64,000 bases of DNA from an uncultured delta proteobacterium (GCA_963840855.1 CAWJBB010000041.1:224001-288000), one strand, 5' to 3'. Counted from the first letter of the stretch, positions 39,110 to 49,983 are shown. Numbers and translations: made by a program. The notes: generated by a model from the letters alone, not told the origin.

Positions 39110-40247
39110 CTAGCGCGAAGCTACGGCCATAAGACCTTGCCACGGCTTTAACTCCCGCGCCCATTTTTTTTGGCGGTTTTTTGCGATGTAATCGCAGGCC
39201 AACCGGAGTCGGGCGCGCCCATAAGGCGATAAGCGCAGCGACTGCCTGGTCTTCTTGGCCCGCTGGTGAGCATCGCAGAATTCGCGCATGGCACGCCAAT
39301 GGGGTAGAGCGGCCGCGCCAAAGCGGCGCTTGACGCCTGCGCGCCAGCTTGTTTCGGGATTGTATATCTGCGGTTTGGCGGCGTAGTCAAGACAGGTTGC
39401 CAGAGGCAGAAAACTCAATTCTTCCTGGAGCAAAGGATTGTTGAGGTAGCCATAGACGATTTGCGGCAAGCGCGGGTCGCGGCCCGTGAGCGGCCCGATG
39501 TGCAACTCATCGCGCATCGATAAATCGTTGACGGGATAGTTATCCCAGAGAATGAGCGGATGGCGGACGCGCTTTGCGATAGATAGCACATGGGCCAACG
39601 TGATATTTTTTGGCACAACCGCCGGCCCGGTCCACAGGCAGGCCACGTCGGCCGGCAAGTGTTTCGGCGAGGTTCTCAAGAAAATCGGGCTCGAAGGAGC
39701 CGAATACCCGCGCAAGCAGCGGGTCGGGGCTGTAATACGACGGGCAAACCCACCATTCAACCCCGCTCCACGGGCGAGGTTGGGCGGCGATAATTTTTGC
39801 CAGCCATTCGCCTTCGGCGCGGGCCAGACTATTCTTAAAACGCCTTCGGTCCACCGCGTGCTCAAGGCGCGATGATATGTCGTCGAACAGCACGGCAAAA
39901 GTTCGTACGCCGGCAGCGTAAAAGCGCGTGGCTTTGGCGAGCAGGATTTTTACCGGTTCATCGGCGGAAAAGCATAATCCTTTGCCGGGGTGAAATCCGT
40001 AAACAAAATCGATCTTGCTTCGCCTCGCGGCGCGGATCAATTGTAACAGCGCATGCCAACGTTTTCTGGGATAGGGAGCTGTCCAGCGCTCGCGGTGGTA
40101 GGGATCATCCTTCGGCGCATAGAGATAAGTATTCATGCCGCCCCTCGCGCCAAATGCAAACAGCGCTTTGCGCTGCGCCATGCTCCAGGGCGGGCCGAAA
40201 AAACCTTCCACGACGCCGTGGCGCCGAAATGTCTGGATCTTCGCCAT
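39110..40247 (-). CDS. GH84 beta-N-acetylglucosaminidase / O-GlcNAcase (frameshift near 39650)
   Basis: GVVEGFFG.PW, YAPKDDPYHR, catalytic LFDDI, WTGP, WDNYPVND; no signal peptide. Confidence 0.88.
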
Positions 40248-40425
40248 GAGCGTTCTTAATGTGGCACAGGGGTGTTATGGTGACAAGGTTCAGTATCGCC
40301 TGGCGAGGTCCACTGCGGCGACGGAATATATTCAAGTTGTCAACGTCCGGCGCGCCATTTTACCCATGGGCGGTCGTTTGAGGGGGGCAAAGGGCGGCAA
40401 GCGCCACGGAAAAGTCGAGGATATT

Positions 40426-40842
40426 TTATGATATGGAGATACGGGGGGGGTCAGTTAGTTTGTCCCGTAATACTGTCGTAACGTGAAGTTTGGCTGCGTG
40501 CCTGCCGGGTTTGCTTCCGACCACGGTGTAAGCTGTGGGTGTTATGAGGTTGATAACGAGATTTACTCCCTGTGTTGACTGAAAGCCAAAAGGTGCGATT
40601 TCCGCCGGTGTCGTGGGGTAGACATATCTCACCCCATAGTAGCTCTCCATCGCCATGGCGGCATTTTTGACGTCTGATTTCATTTGAGTGTCGACTCCGC
40701 TCCTCCGATAGGAAATATACTGAGGAATTCCGATAGCTGCTAAAATCCCTATTATGGCCACCACGACGAGCAGCTCGATGAGCGTGAAGCCCTGTTTGTT
40801 GGCAATGAGATTTATTTTGGTTGGCGCGCCTGTGTTTTCCAT
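40426..40842 (-). CDS. Type IV pilin-like protein (C-terminus possibly frameshifted)
   Basis: Prepilin motif QGFTLIELLVVVAIIGILAAIGIP. Confidence 0.88.
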   Translation of the reverse strand: MENTGAPTKINLIANKQGFTLIELLVVVAIIGILAAIGIPQYISYRRSGVDTQMKSDVKNAAMAMESYYGVRYVYPTTPAEIAPFGFQSTQGVNLVINLITPTAYTVVGSKPGRHAAKLHVTTVLRDKLTDPPRISIS

Positions 40843-41233
40843 AAGTATGAACCTACGACTAAATATTTTAACGTTTTAACCCAATCACGTATCCTACGGT
40901 GTTGGTTAAATAAGAATTCTTTACCGATCTACGCCAATTATGGTCTTTTCTGGTAATTGATGTCGTCATTTTCCGCATCTAGAATTACATCTACTAATAT
41001 GCAGATGTCGGGCCAATATCAATTTACGGCAAGTCTATGCGGCCGTGGTGGGCCGATTACAAGAAATACCCCTGGAATAAGGAGGTATAGTCACAATTTG
41101 CGGCTGCCGCGAGCCGGATTTTGGCAATCTCGTTCTGCGGGCAAAAAGCGGCATAACATTTCCCTTGCGACCAAAAAGCCGTTTGCGTAGGATACCGACT
41201 GTTTCGCCAACGCTAGGCTAAAATTTTCTGAAG

Positions 41234-42037
41234 ATGCATATGTTCAATCGCGTTTGCTCAGTGTTCTTCACCTTGTGTATCCCGCTGACTGTATTTGCCG
41301 CGTCGGATACTAAGTTCCTGGCCGATATGATACTCGTCCCAACGGGGCCGTTCATTATGGGTGGCAACGCCGGACCAGAGGATGAACGGCCGCAGCATCG
41401 AGTCGCCCTCAGAGAATACCTAATCGACCGAAATAAGGTCACCAATGCCCAATTTGCCGGGTTCATTAATGCAAGGGGCACCCACGCAGCCGACGGCCAG
41501 CGCTGGTATGACACCGACGACAATGACGCGCGCATACACCGGCGAAACGGGCGATGGAGCGCCGATCCCGGCCATGAAAATGACCCGGTTGTGGAAGCGT
41601 CTTGGCATGGCGCTCGGGCGTACTGCGAATGGCTGGGAAAAAGACTGCCGACGGAAGCGGAGTGGGAAAAAGCAGCGCGTGGCACCGATGGCCGGAAGTT
41701 TCCCTGGGGCAATGAGCCGCCGGATAAAACCCGCGCCCATTTCGGCGGCGGTTGGAACGAACTTAAACCGGCGGGGAGTCTCCCCAATGGCGCGAGCCCC
41801 TTCGGCGTCCTCGACATGGCTGGCAACGGTTGGGAGTGGGTGAGCAGCGCGTATTTACCGTATCCCTACAACTCAAAGGACGGTAGAGAGGATTTGAACC
41901 GCGACGTGGTGCGCGGCACCCGCGGCGGCGGCCACGATTCTCGGCCCGACGAATTAACGGCCACACATCGCGGGCGCCAGGTCTCACGCAATCCGCGCGG
42001 CGGGCATCATAACATTAGTTTTCGTTGCGCCCGATAA
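41234..42037 (+). CDS. FGE-sulfatase domain protein, exported
   Basis: Signal peptide; F.MG, RLPTEAEWEKAARG, GNGWEW, SFRC. Confidence 0.88.
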   Translation: MHMFNRVCSVFFTLCIPLTVFAASDTKFLADMILVPTGPFIMGGNAGPEDERPQHRVALREYLIDRNKVTNAQFAGFINARGTHAADGQRWYDTDDNDARIHRRNGRWSADPGHENDPVVEASWHGARAYCEWLGKRLPTEAEWEKAARGTDGRKFPWGNEPPDKTRAHFGGGWNELKPAGSLPNGASPFGVLDMAGNGWEWVSSAYLPYPYNSKDGREDLNRDVVRGTRGGGHDSRPDELTATHRGRQVSRNPRGGHHNISFRCAR

Positions 42038-42055
42038 CCGCTGGGCGTTTGGCCT

Positions 42056-42700
42056 ATGCAAGTTTATCTATTCATACAAGGAATGCTCATAGGCTTCATC
42101 GTCGCCATTCCCGTTGGACCATTGGGGCTTCTTTGCATCAACCGGGCACTTGCCATGGGTGCGCTGTGTGGGCTCTTCTCCGGTTTTGGTGTCGCTACTG
42201 CGGACGCCCTGGCGGCGGGTATCACGGCCTTGGGTATCACTCTGATATCGGCGTTTCTCATCGAGCATCAGGAGGCGCTGCGCCTTGTGGGTGGAATTTT
42301 ACTTTGTTATGTAGGCTACAAAATCTATCGGACGCGGCCCATTGCTCAACTACCGCCGAGCAACGTCACCGGTTTGTTCAGTGCATACGCGACAGCTTTC
42401 TTGCTGACTCTCTCCAATCCGGTGACGATTCTCTCGTTTGTGGCGATTTACGCCGGGTGGGGTGTGCAGAGCTTGCGCGAGCATTATCTAAGCGCGGCCA
42501 TCCTTACTCTTGGTGTTTTTGCCGGCTCGGCGCTCTGGTGGGTTCTGGTGTTCAGCGCCATGTCGCTTTTTCGCGACGCCTTTAGTGAGCGGGTCATGGC
42601 TATGATTCACAAGGTTTCGGGAACGATTATCGCCGGGTTCGGCTTGATCGTGTTGCTCAGCCTGTCGCCGCTGCGAGCCGCATTGGGCATTCATTTCTGA
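42056..42700 (+). CDS. LysE-family translocator
   Basis: IPVGP, G.GVATAD, LTLSNPVTI. Confidence 0.9.
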   Translation: MQVYLFIQGMLIGFIVAIPVGPLGLLCINRALAMGALCGLFSGFGVATADALAAGITALGITLISAFLIEHQEALRLVGGILLCYVGYKIYRTRPIAQLPPSNVTGLFSAYATAFLLTLSNPVTILSFVAIYAGWGVQSLREHYLSAAILTLGVFAGSALWWVLVFSAMSLFRDAFSERVMAMIHKVSGTIIAGFGLIVLLSLSPLRAALGIHF

Positions 42701-43066
42701 TGGCCGGCGATCGAAACATGACCCATAGGCGAATATTGGCCGTTGTTTTTGGCCGTGCTCGGAACCCACGGCCTTTTCATTTCTTTTCTCGACAACGTTT
42801 ATCACTACCGCACCCCGGTCAACGATATTTTCTACGACAGCAATCTCTGGCTGCCCGGCCCCTGCGCCAAACTGCTGCTTAATTTCAACTTGCACGGCAT
42901 CCACCACCAGAATCCCGCCGTGCCGTGGAACCGCTTGCCGTTGGTGTTTTACGAGGGAGCCGAAATATATCACGGTAACTACTTCGCCGCCGCCCCGCGC
43001 CAGCTGAACGGGCCGGTGGCGCTGCAGGACCTGACCGTGGTGCAGCGAACCAAATTCGTAGTTTGA
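42700..43066 (+). pseudogene. C-terminal fragment of a fatty-acid-desaturase-family protein
   Basis: DNVYHY and LNFNLHGIHH..P.VPW..LP His box; N-terminal His boxes are missing. Confidence 0.65.
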
Positions 43067-43190
43067 TGAGTCGCGTAAGGGCAATTTCAACTTTGAACCT
43101 TGAACGTTGAACTTTGAACGGCACGCGCGGTGCTGGGGTTGACAGGCGCGCTGCGTTTGGAGCAAATATGGCTCAACAAAGGAGGTTTCT

Positions 43191-43628
43191 ATGGGACTAT
43201 TAAAAATCGAGGGAGTGACGCACTGGTCGATTCCCGTTAACAACTTGGACGAAGCGGAAAAATTCTACGGTGATCTGCTGGGGCTTAAGCATCTGGGGAG
43301 GCTCGGCAACTCAGGGATGTCTTGCTTCAACGTTGGTGACCATAACATACTATTATGTGAGCGCGCGGCGACGGTGGACAAAGCGCATGTGGAGGAGCAA
43401 AACGTGCACCATTCTTTTACCGTGAGCCCAGAGACGCTCGAGCAGGCGTGCAAGATTTTTCAAGAAAGAAAGATTCAGATTGACCGGCTCTATTACCGGA
43501 AGGCCGGTTATTTCCCCGGACGAGAGCTTTATTTCTTCGATCCGAGCGGCAATCGGCTCGAGCTGCGTGATCCGACTTGGAAGGCTGGGATGCCGGAGCA
43601 AACCTTCGAAGAGCTCGCCCGGTCTTAG
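43191..43628 (+). CDS. VOC/glyoxalase family protein
   Basis: H..IPV.NLDEAEKFY...LG, HHSF, YFFDPSGNRLE. Confidence 0.9.
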   Translation: MGLLKIEGVTHWSIPVNNLDEAEKFYGDLLGLKHLGRLGNSGMSCFNVGDHNILLCERAATVDKAHVEEQNVHHSFTVSPETLEQACKIFQERKIQIDRLYYRKAGYFPGRELYFFDPSGNRLELRDPTWKAGMPEQTFEELARS

Positions 43629-43796
43629 CGGGCGAGCTCCGTTCCAGTCGTTCAAACCGTTCAAGCAGTTCAAAACGTTTCCGCGGTGCCATCGCACCGC
43701 GGAAACGTTTTGAAATACCCACGCTGAGCTTTGTTACCCATCCGGTTTTGGGCTGAAGTAGGCGAGCCGATTTAAACGCTCAGGTCGGCCAATTCG

Positions 43797-43835
43797 TTGA
43801 CATGCGGTTAAAATACGCGGTATTTTAACCGCATG
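43797..43835 (+). promoter_or_regulatory. Promoter with a perfect 16-bp-arm inverted repeat over the start codon
   Basis: TTGACA 43797, TATTTT 43821; CATGCGGTTAAAATAC-GCG-GTATTTTAACCGCATG. Confidence 0.7.
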
Positions 43836-44990
43836 ATAAAACGTATTTTGGGGGCGACCCTGGCTCGTGCGAAGAAGAGCTTTCTTCTTCTGGGGCCGCG
43901 GCAAACTGGAAAGTCGACGCTGGTGTCCTCCCTCAAGCCCGACCTTTCCATTAACCTCGCCCACGAGGCCACCTATCTTGAGTTTGCCCGCAACCCGAGA
44001 GAACTTGAGGAGCGATTGGCTGCGTTGCCTTCCTCCGCGAGGCAGGAAACCATTTTTGTTGACGAGGTTCAGCGCTTGCCAAGCCTGCTCAATACAATTC
44101 AAACATTGCTTGACGCTCCCTCGCCTCGCTACCGGTTTTTTCTCACGGGTTCGAGCGCGAGGAAACTACGGCGCGGTAACGCCAATTTGCTTCCTGGGAG
44201 AATATTTACATATCAGCTGGGTCCCATCGTAAGCGGCGAGCTCGATTACAGCCTCGATACCAACCAGGCGCTGTCCAATGGCACGCTTCCGGGGATCCTC
44301 GTGGAACCGGACCGCTACGTACGAGAGAAAACACTCTCCTCTTATGCCGCGACATACCTCAAGGAAGAAGTGCAAGCCGAAGCCCTCACGCGCAACCTGG
44401 AAGGCTTCGCAAGGTTTTTATCGGTGTGCGCCGAATATGCCGGACAGTTCTTGGATCTTGCGAAACTCGCGGCTGACGCGCAGATTGCGCGCCAAACCGC
44501 GGTGCGATACTTCGAAGTTCTCGAGGACTGTTTGATTGTCCACCGGCTGCCGCCTTTCGCCAAAAGCGCTCGGCGCCGGTTGGTGCAACACCCCAGATAC
44601 TACTTCTTTGACCCCGGAGTGCTGAACGGACTATTGGGAAATTTCAAAGTCTCTCCCGACCGGATCGGCAGCCTTTTTGAGCACCTGGTTTTCACTCAAA
44701 TCCTTCACAGTGGACTAGCGCTCGACAAGCGCACCAACCTTTCCTCTTATCGGACCGAACACGGGGCCGAGGTTGATTTTATCTTCACGGGCAACGGAGA
44801 AACGGTGGCCATTGAGTCAAAGGCGTCCCGCAACGTCGGCCCGAGCGACCTCCGAGGTCTCGCCAGCTTTGCTGAGTACTATGGCAAACCCCATCGCGCG
44901 ATGTTGTTCTACCTCGGAGCGCACCGGCGAAAAATCGGGACCGTGGAAATTATTCCTTGGCAAGAAGGGCTCAAGGAGATTGGACTCTAA
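43833..44990 (+). CDS. AAA_14 ATPase with DUF4143 domain
   Basis: GPRQTGKST, VDEVQR, TGSSA, YFFDPG, EVDF..AIESK. Confidence 0.9.
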   Translation: MIKRILGATLARAKKSFLLLGPRQTGKSTLVSSLKPDLSINLAHEATYLEFARNPRELEERLAALPSSARQETIFVDEVQRLPSLLNTIQTLLDAPSPRYRFFLTGSSARKLRRGNANLLPGRIFTYQLGPIVSGELDYSLDTNQALSNGTLPGILVEPDRYVREKTLSSYAATYLKEEVQAEALTRNLEGFARFLSVCAEYAGQFLDLAKLAADAQIARQTAVRYFEVLEDCLIVHRLPPFAKSARRRLVQHPRYYFFDPGVLNGLLGNFKVSPDRIGSLFEHLVFTQILHSGLALDKRTNLSSYRTEHGAEVDFIFTGNGETVAIESKASRNVGPSDLRGLASFAEYYGKPHRAMLFYLGAHRRKIGTVEIIPWQEGLKEIGL

Positions 44991-45457
44991 TTAAGAAGCG
45001 ACGCTGAGTATTATTCCCCGAGCACGAGTGCACTTCCTGGTCTTTTTCAACTGCTAGCTTCGTCCTCCTCGCCGGGCTCAAATCCGGCCTCCGCAACCCC
45101 GTGGTCGCTGGGTAAGCATGAACTTTAGTTTATGCTGAATCACCGTAGAGTTTTCACTACTGGGGGTAGAGGAAAGACTACCCTTTGGATAATTTTCTTC
45201 TTGGCTTGATGTCCCTGCCGGTTGAAAATCCTCCGATTGCTTAAGCCTTTACACTCGCCACGTCTCATACGCTGGCCGTGGCACAGCGCTTGCCTTTTGC
45301 TTGAGGCAGATTCAACCTTTCAACAGACGGGAAGGAGATGAGAAAAATGAAGAGCATCAATAAAAAGGCAGCACGGATCGGTTTTGTGATCAACCAGGAT
45401 GGCAATTCGATCGCCGTGTTAGACAAGGTCCTTAACTCGCTGAAAGGAGGACCAAAG

Positions 45458-46231
45458 ATGAGAACCCCGCTTCTCGCATTAGTACTTGTTTTGGCGCTAG
45501 GCGTATTCGTGACTCGCGCCAATGCCGAGTCGCCTGCGATCTATGAAACCACGTTGATGGAATCCGGCCAAAAGACCCTGGAAGTATCTACCAACGAGCT
45601 CCGTAAGATTCTTACAGAGAAAAGCGCGACCGTTTTTGACGCTCGACCATTAATGGAGTATGCCGTTAGCCATATTCCAGGCGCCGTCAACGTCTCGGCA
45701 AAGCCGGGGGTGCCGATTTCTCAGTACGTGTCAGACGTGGCGGAGGTTGGGCGCGTCGTCGGAAACAACAAAGCCGCGCCTATCGTACTCTATTGCAACG
45801 GACCATTTTGCGGCAAAAGCAAGCGACTCTCGGAGGAATTGTTGGAGGCAGGCTACACGAACGTCCGGCGATATCAACTGGGCATTCCCGTGTGGCGTGC
45901 GCTGATCGGTGTTACCGAAATCCAGCTTTTAGGTCTGCTCTACGTGCTCCACGATGACAAGACAGCCGTGTTTCTTGACGCTCGCAGCCCCGAGGAGTTT
46001 AAGGCCGGGACTATTCCGGGCGCGAAAAGCCTTCCCCTAGCCGATGTGAAGAAGGCGAAGGATGACGGTCGATTACCTATGGATGACCACAACACGCGCA
46101 TCATCGTGTTTGGCCGGGACGGTGCGCAAGCGCGCACGGTTACTGAGGCCATCGCCAAGGAGGCGTTCCACAATGTCGCCTACTTCGGTGGAGCCTTCGA
46201 TGAACTGAAGCTGAAGGTAGCTAGCAAATAG
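45458..46231 (+). CDS. Exported tandem rhodanese-domain protein
   Basis: AAGGAGG RBS, signal peptide, DAR..EY..HIPGA, YCNGPFCGKS; the second domain lacks Cys. Confidence 0.88.
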   Translation: MRTPLLALVLVLALGVFVTRANAESPAIYETTLMESGQKTLEVSTNELRKILTEKSATVFDARPLMEYAVSHIPGAVNVSAKPGVPISQYVSDVAEVGRVVGNNKAAPIVLYCNGPFCGKSKRLSEELLEAGYTNVRRYQLGIPVWRALIGVTEIQLLGLLYVLHDDKTAVFLDARSPEEFKAGTIPGAKSLPLADVKKAKDDGRLPMDDHNTRIIVFGRDGAQARTVTEAIAKEAFHNVAYFGGAFDELKLKVASK

Positions 46232-46258
46232 GGATGCAAACGCGGTAAGGTCACAATC

Positions 46259-47368
46259 ATGGCCTCAGTGAGAGAGCAACTTAAGGGTTGTTTCCACGCC
46301 GGCCAACCACACGTGGTTTGTGTATGTTCCGGCGTAAAGCAGACGTCCCTCCATGGGAAAACGAACGTGACACTCAGAGCTGTTGGCCTTATTTTTAGCC
46401 TCGTCCTTATTATTAACTTCCTGGCGCCGCTTTCCTCTGAAGCTCAACGGTTGGGAAAGACTCACCGACTCGGCTTTTTGGCTTTTGGATCGCCTCCGTC
46501 CGAGCCTGTTCCTACCGAATTTCCTTTCGAGGCGTTCCGCCACAGACTGCATGAGCTTGGTTATATTGAAGGACAAAATCTTGTCATCGAGCGACGGTAC
46601 GCGCGGGGCATACTAGAAATGTTACCTGTTTTCGGCGCCGAATTGGTCCAACATCGAGTTGACATCATCGTAACCTCGGGGGCTTCTGCTGTCCGTGCCG
46701 CCAAAACGGCAACGGCAACCATCCCCATCGTCATGGCAGGTGCGCCGGATCCCATTGCATTCGAGTTGGTCGCCAGCCTCGCGCGGCCGGGCGCCAACGT
46801 AACCGGATTGTCCGATTCAACAGGACGGGAGATCGAAGGCAAGCGTTTGGAGCTATTAAAGGAGAGCTTCCCACGGATCGCGCGAGTCGCGGTGGTCCTG
46901 GATTCTGCCAGTCGAGTAGATGTCACACCTGTAAGAGAAGCAGCTCGAGCATTGGGGCTTAAATTACTTCTCTCGCCCGAGACCGCAACTCCCGAAGAGT
47001 TTCACAGTTCATTTGCTTTACTGAAGCGGGAGGGGGCCCAAGCTCTTTTTGCGCCGGAGACGCCGATCAACGTTCGTCACAGAAGCCTGATCGTAGAACT
47101 CGCCGCAAAGCATCGGCTCCCGGCGATGTATGGATCGAGAGAGTTCGTGGAAGGTGGAGGCCTCATGTCTTATGGGCCGAACTTCTCCGACATTTTCCGA
47201 CGGGCGGCTGTATACGTTGATAGGATCCTGAAGGGTGCAAAGCCAGCGGATCTGCCCGTAGAGCAACCGACAAAATTCGAGCTACTGATTAATCTTAAGA
47301 CTGCCAAGGCGCTCAGCCTGAAGATTCCGGGGGAGGTGCTTATGCAGGCTGATAAGGTAATAAAATGA
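46259..47368 (+). CDS. ABC-type substrate-binding protein (ABC_sub_bind family)
   Basis: LGYIEGQN, SLARPGANVTG, GGLMSYG, PADLPVEQPTKFEL; start uncertain. Confidence 0.9.
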   Translation: MASVREQLKGCFHAGQPHVVCVCSGVKQTSLHGKTNVTLRAVGLIFSLVLIINFLAPLSSEAQRLGKTHRLGFLAFGSPPSEPVPTEFPFEAFRHRLHELGYIEGQNLVIERRYARGILEMLPVFGAELVQHRVDIIVTSGASAVRAAKTATATIPIVMAGAPDPIAFELVASLARPGANVTGLSDSTGREIEGKRLELLKESFPRIARVAVVLDSASRVDVTPVREAARALGLKLLLSPETATPEEFHSSFALLKREGAQALFAPETPINVRHRSLIVELAAKHRLPAMYGSREFVEGGGLMSYGPNFSDIFRRAAVYVDRILKGAKPADLPVEQPTKFELLINLKTAKALSLKIPGEVLMQADKVIK

Positions 47369-47505
47369 TAGCGGTGAGTAATCAGTGGTCAGCGGTCAAG
47401 AAAAAACCGGGACGAAACTCGCGAGAAAAACAATATACTCGCAGACCCCTAAGGGTCCGATAGCAAAAGCAGGTCTTAAAGGTGGCGTCAGGAGCCCGGG
47501 GAACC

Positions 47506-48000
47506 ATGAGTAGAAAGATCCTTCACCTTCTTATTATTACGGCCGTTCTGGGTTCAGCACGTTTGGCCCTCGGGCAGCAGGTGATTTTTCTCGTTCGGCA
47601 TGCCGAACAATCTACTGATGTCGAGGACCCCGCGCTCACTGAGGTCGGGCATCGGCGAGCTCTAGAGTTGGCAGTGGTGTTGAAAGACGTAGGCATCAAT
47701 GTGATTTACACTACCGAACTCAGGCGGTCGATACAGACCGCAGAGCCTATTTCGAAGTCACTGAATATTGAGAGCAAGAGGTTGCCGCTCCGAGATCGCG
47801 ACGGGCTCATCGGTCGACTCCGCACCCAACATTTCAACGACCGTGTCTTGGTCGTCAGCCATTCTCTGACCCTTCCCCGTTTGCTCAAAGCCCTAGGATA
47901 CCCCGTAGATATCACGATTGCAGAGAAAGAATACGATAGTCTCTTCGTGATCGTACCAAAGAGAGACAGCAGCCCTTTAGTATTACGCTTGCGCTATTAG
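47506..48000 (+). CDS. Exported histidine-phosphatase-family protein
   Basis: Signal peptide; LVRHAE, R..QTA, LVVSHS. Confidence 0.85.
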   Translation: MSRKILHLLIITAVLGSARLALGQQVIFLVRHAEQSTDVEDPALTEVGHRRALELAVVLKDVGINVIYTTELRRSIQTAEPISKSLNIESKRLPLRDRDGLIGRLRTQHFNDRVLVVSHSLTLPRLLKALGYPVDITIAEKEYDSLFVIVPKRDSSPLVLRLRY

Positions 48001-48168
48001 TGTCGGCTCGCTTTACTCTCTAATCGGGCTGGTACACAGTATCGTCCATTACCAGAGGATGAAAAAAGGAGGGTTAAGGCAATCCGCGGGGTACAAAGAT
48101 TACTGGCGCTGCCCTTCTTTCGGCTCTTTGGAAGCCGCAGGCGCGGAAGGCTTGTTCGCCATTACTTT

Positions 48169-49983
48169 TTGATTTCAGTCCTGCTTATTAGCGGCGGGCT
48201 GATCGCGAGCGGGCTCTTGGAGGTTTACTTTCGCTATCGAGAGAGCCGAATGCAGCTGGATCTCTTCAATCAAGAGATCGCAGCGGGGGCTGCTTTCAAA
48301 ATAGAGCGTTTCGTTCAAGAAATCGAAACCTTGATGAAAGCAGCAACGAAAAACCGCGATATTGTTCTCAAAGAGCTTTCGCAAGAATACAGATTTGAAC
48401 TAAGGAGACTCTTCCTCGTGGCCCCGGCGATCACCGATGCAGTAGCGGTTGATGTGGCGGGGAAAGCACAGGCTCGATTATCGCGCTTGCGGACTGCGTT
48501 TTCAAAAGTCGATGCGGACCTTGCAAGCTCACCTGCCTTTCTCCAAGGCAAGCAAGGTCGCTCCTATTTTGGTCCGGTTTATTTGGTGCGAGGCTCTGAG
48601 CCGCACATGACTATTGCCGTTCCGATTGAGCCCTTTGCGGGTAACGTCATCGGTGTCCTTGTGGCTCAGGTGAACCTTAAGTACATTAACGAAGTCGTTT
48701 CCGACATTAAAATCGGAAAAGCCGGCTACGCCTATGCTGTGACCCGCTCCGGCGACCTCATTGCCCACCCCGATGTCAGTCTGGTCTTACAAGCACGCAA
48801 CGTAGCCCAGCTTTCTCATATAAAAACAGCTTTTCAGTCTTCCGCGAACGCTGCCAAGCCGAGCGCGACCGTGACTCATAACTTTCAAGGGCTGAAGGTC
48901 CTCAGCTCTTATGCTCTAATACCAGGCCTGAATTGGGCCCTCTTCATTGAACTTCCTGTGAAAGAGGCCTATGCACAGATCTACGCATCGATCTTCCGGA
49001 CTTCCACACTCCTTCTGCTGGGGCTTGGCCTGGCTCTTTTGGCGAGCTTCTTCGTGGCCAGACGCGTAGTCCGCCCGCTGGAGGCGCTGAGAAAAGGCGT
49101 AGAGCGAATCGGTGGAGGCGATATGAGCTTGCGCCTTGATTTAAAGACTGGAGACGAGATCGAAATTCTCGCGGAAGAGTTCAACAAAATGACACAGAAT
49201 CTTCGCCAGGCGTATGCCGGCTTGGAGCGGAGGGTTGCGGAGAGAACCCAGGAACTTGCTATTGCCAACGAAAGGCTCAAGGAGCTGGATCGACTGAAAT
49301 CGGATTTCGTTTCCAACGTGTCGCACGAGCTAAGAACGCCGCTGACGGCGATCAAAGGCGCCGTGGATCTGGTGCTGCGAGAAGTGCCGGGACCTCTCAA
49401 TGAGAAGCAAACCCACTATCTCACCCGCGTGAGGTCGAATACTCAACATCTAGCCGGACTGATCAACGATCTTCTAGACCTGTCAAAGATCGAGGAGGGG
49501 AAAGTCGAGTTCAAAGCGACGCATGTCTCTCTCGGAGGTCTCATGCGCGAGGTAATGGAGACTTTGACGCCCATGGCAGCGGAGAAGCCGATTGCATTAG
49601 ACGTGGCGGTTCCAGAACCTTCTATCCTGGTTTGGGCCGACCGAGAGAAGGTTACACAGGTATTGATGAACCTCATCGGTAATGCGATCAAATTTACACC
49701 GCCCAACGGCATGGTCGGCGTTTCTGCGGAAAGTGACAGCAAGGGATGGGTTCGGGTTTCGATTCGCGACTCGGGAGCCGGGATTCCGACGAGCGAACAA
49801 GAAAAGATTTTTGAAAAGTTTTATCAGGTGGCCGAAAACGGAGGGCCAAAACCCAAAGGGACCGGTCTCGGTCTTGCTATCTCGAAGGCATTGGTCGAAT
49901 TGCACGGCGGAAAGATTTGGGTCGAGTCTGAGATGAGTCGTGGCGCTAATTTCTGCTTTACGCTGCCATTATCACCGCCGTAG
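48169..49983 (+). CDS. Cache-HAMP sensor histidine kinase
   Basis: IAHPD Cache motif, HAMP, SHELRTPL, GTGLGL; the start may lie further upstream. Confidence 0.92.
   Translation: MISVLLISGGLIASGLLEVYFRYRESRMQLDLFNQEIAAGAAFKIERFVQEIETLMKAATKNRDIVLKELSQEYRFELRRLFLVAPAITDAVAVDVAGKAQARLSRLRTAFSKVDADLASSPAFLQGKQGRSYFGPVYLVRGSEPHMTIAVPIEPFAGNVIGVLVAQVNLKYINEVVSDIKIGKAGYAYAVTRSGDLIAHPDVSLVLQARNVAQLSHIKTAFQSSANAAKPSATVTHNFQGLKVLSSYALIPGLNWALFIELPVKEAYAQIYASIFRTSTLLLLGLGLALLASFFVARRVVRPLEALRKGVERIGGGDMSLRLDLKTGDEIEILAEEFNKMTQNLRQAYAGLERRVAERTQELAIANERLKELDRLKSDFVSNVSHELRTPLTAIKGAVDLVLREVPGPLNEKQTHYLTRVRSNTQHLAGLINDLLDLSKIEEGKVEFKATHVSLGGLMREVMETLTPMAAEKPIALDVAVPEPSILVWADREKVTQVLMNLIGNAIKFTPPNGMVGVSAESDSKGWVRVSIRDSGAGIPTSEQEKIFEKFYQVAENGGPKPKGTGLGLAISKALVELHGGKIWVESEMSRGANFCFTLPLSPP

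Noticed and set aside
41234-42037. Active formylglycine-generating enzyme
   Set aside because: The catalytic Cys pair after RGG is missing (RGGGHDSRPDEL).
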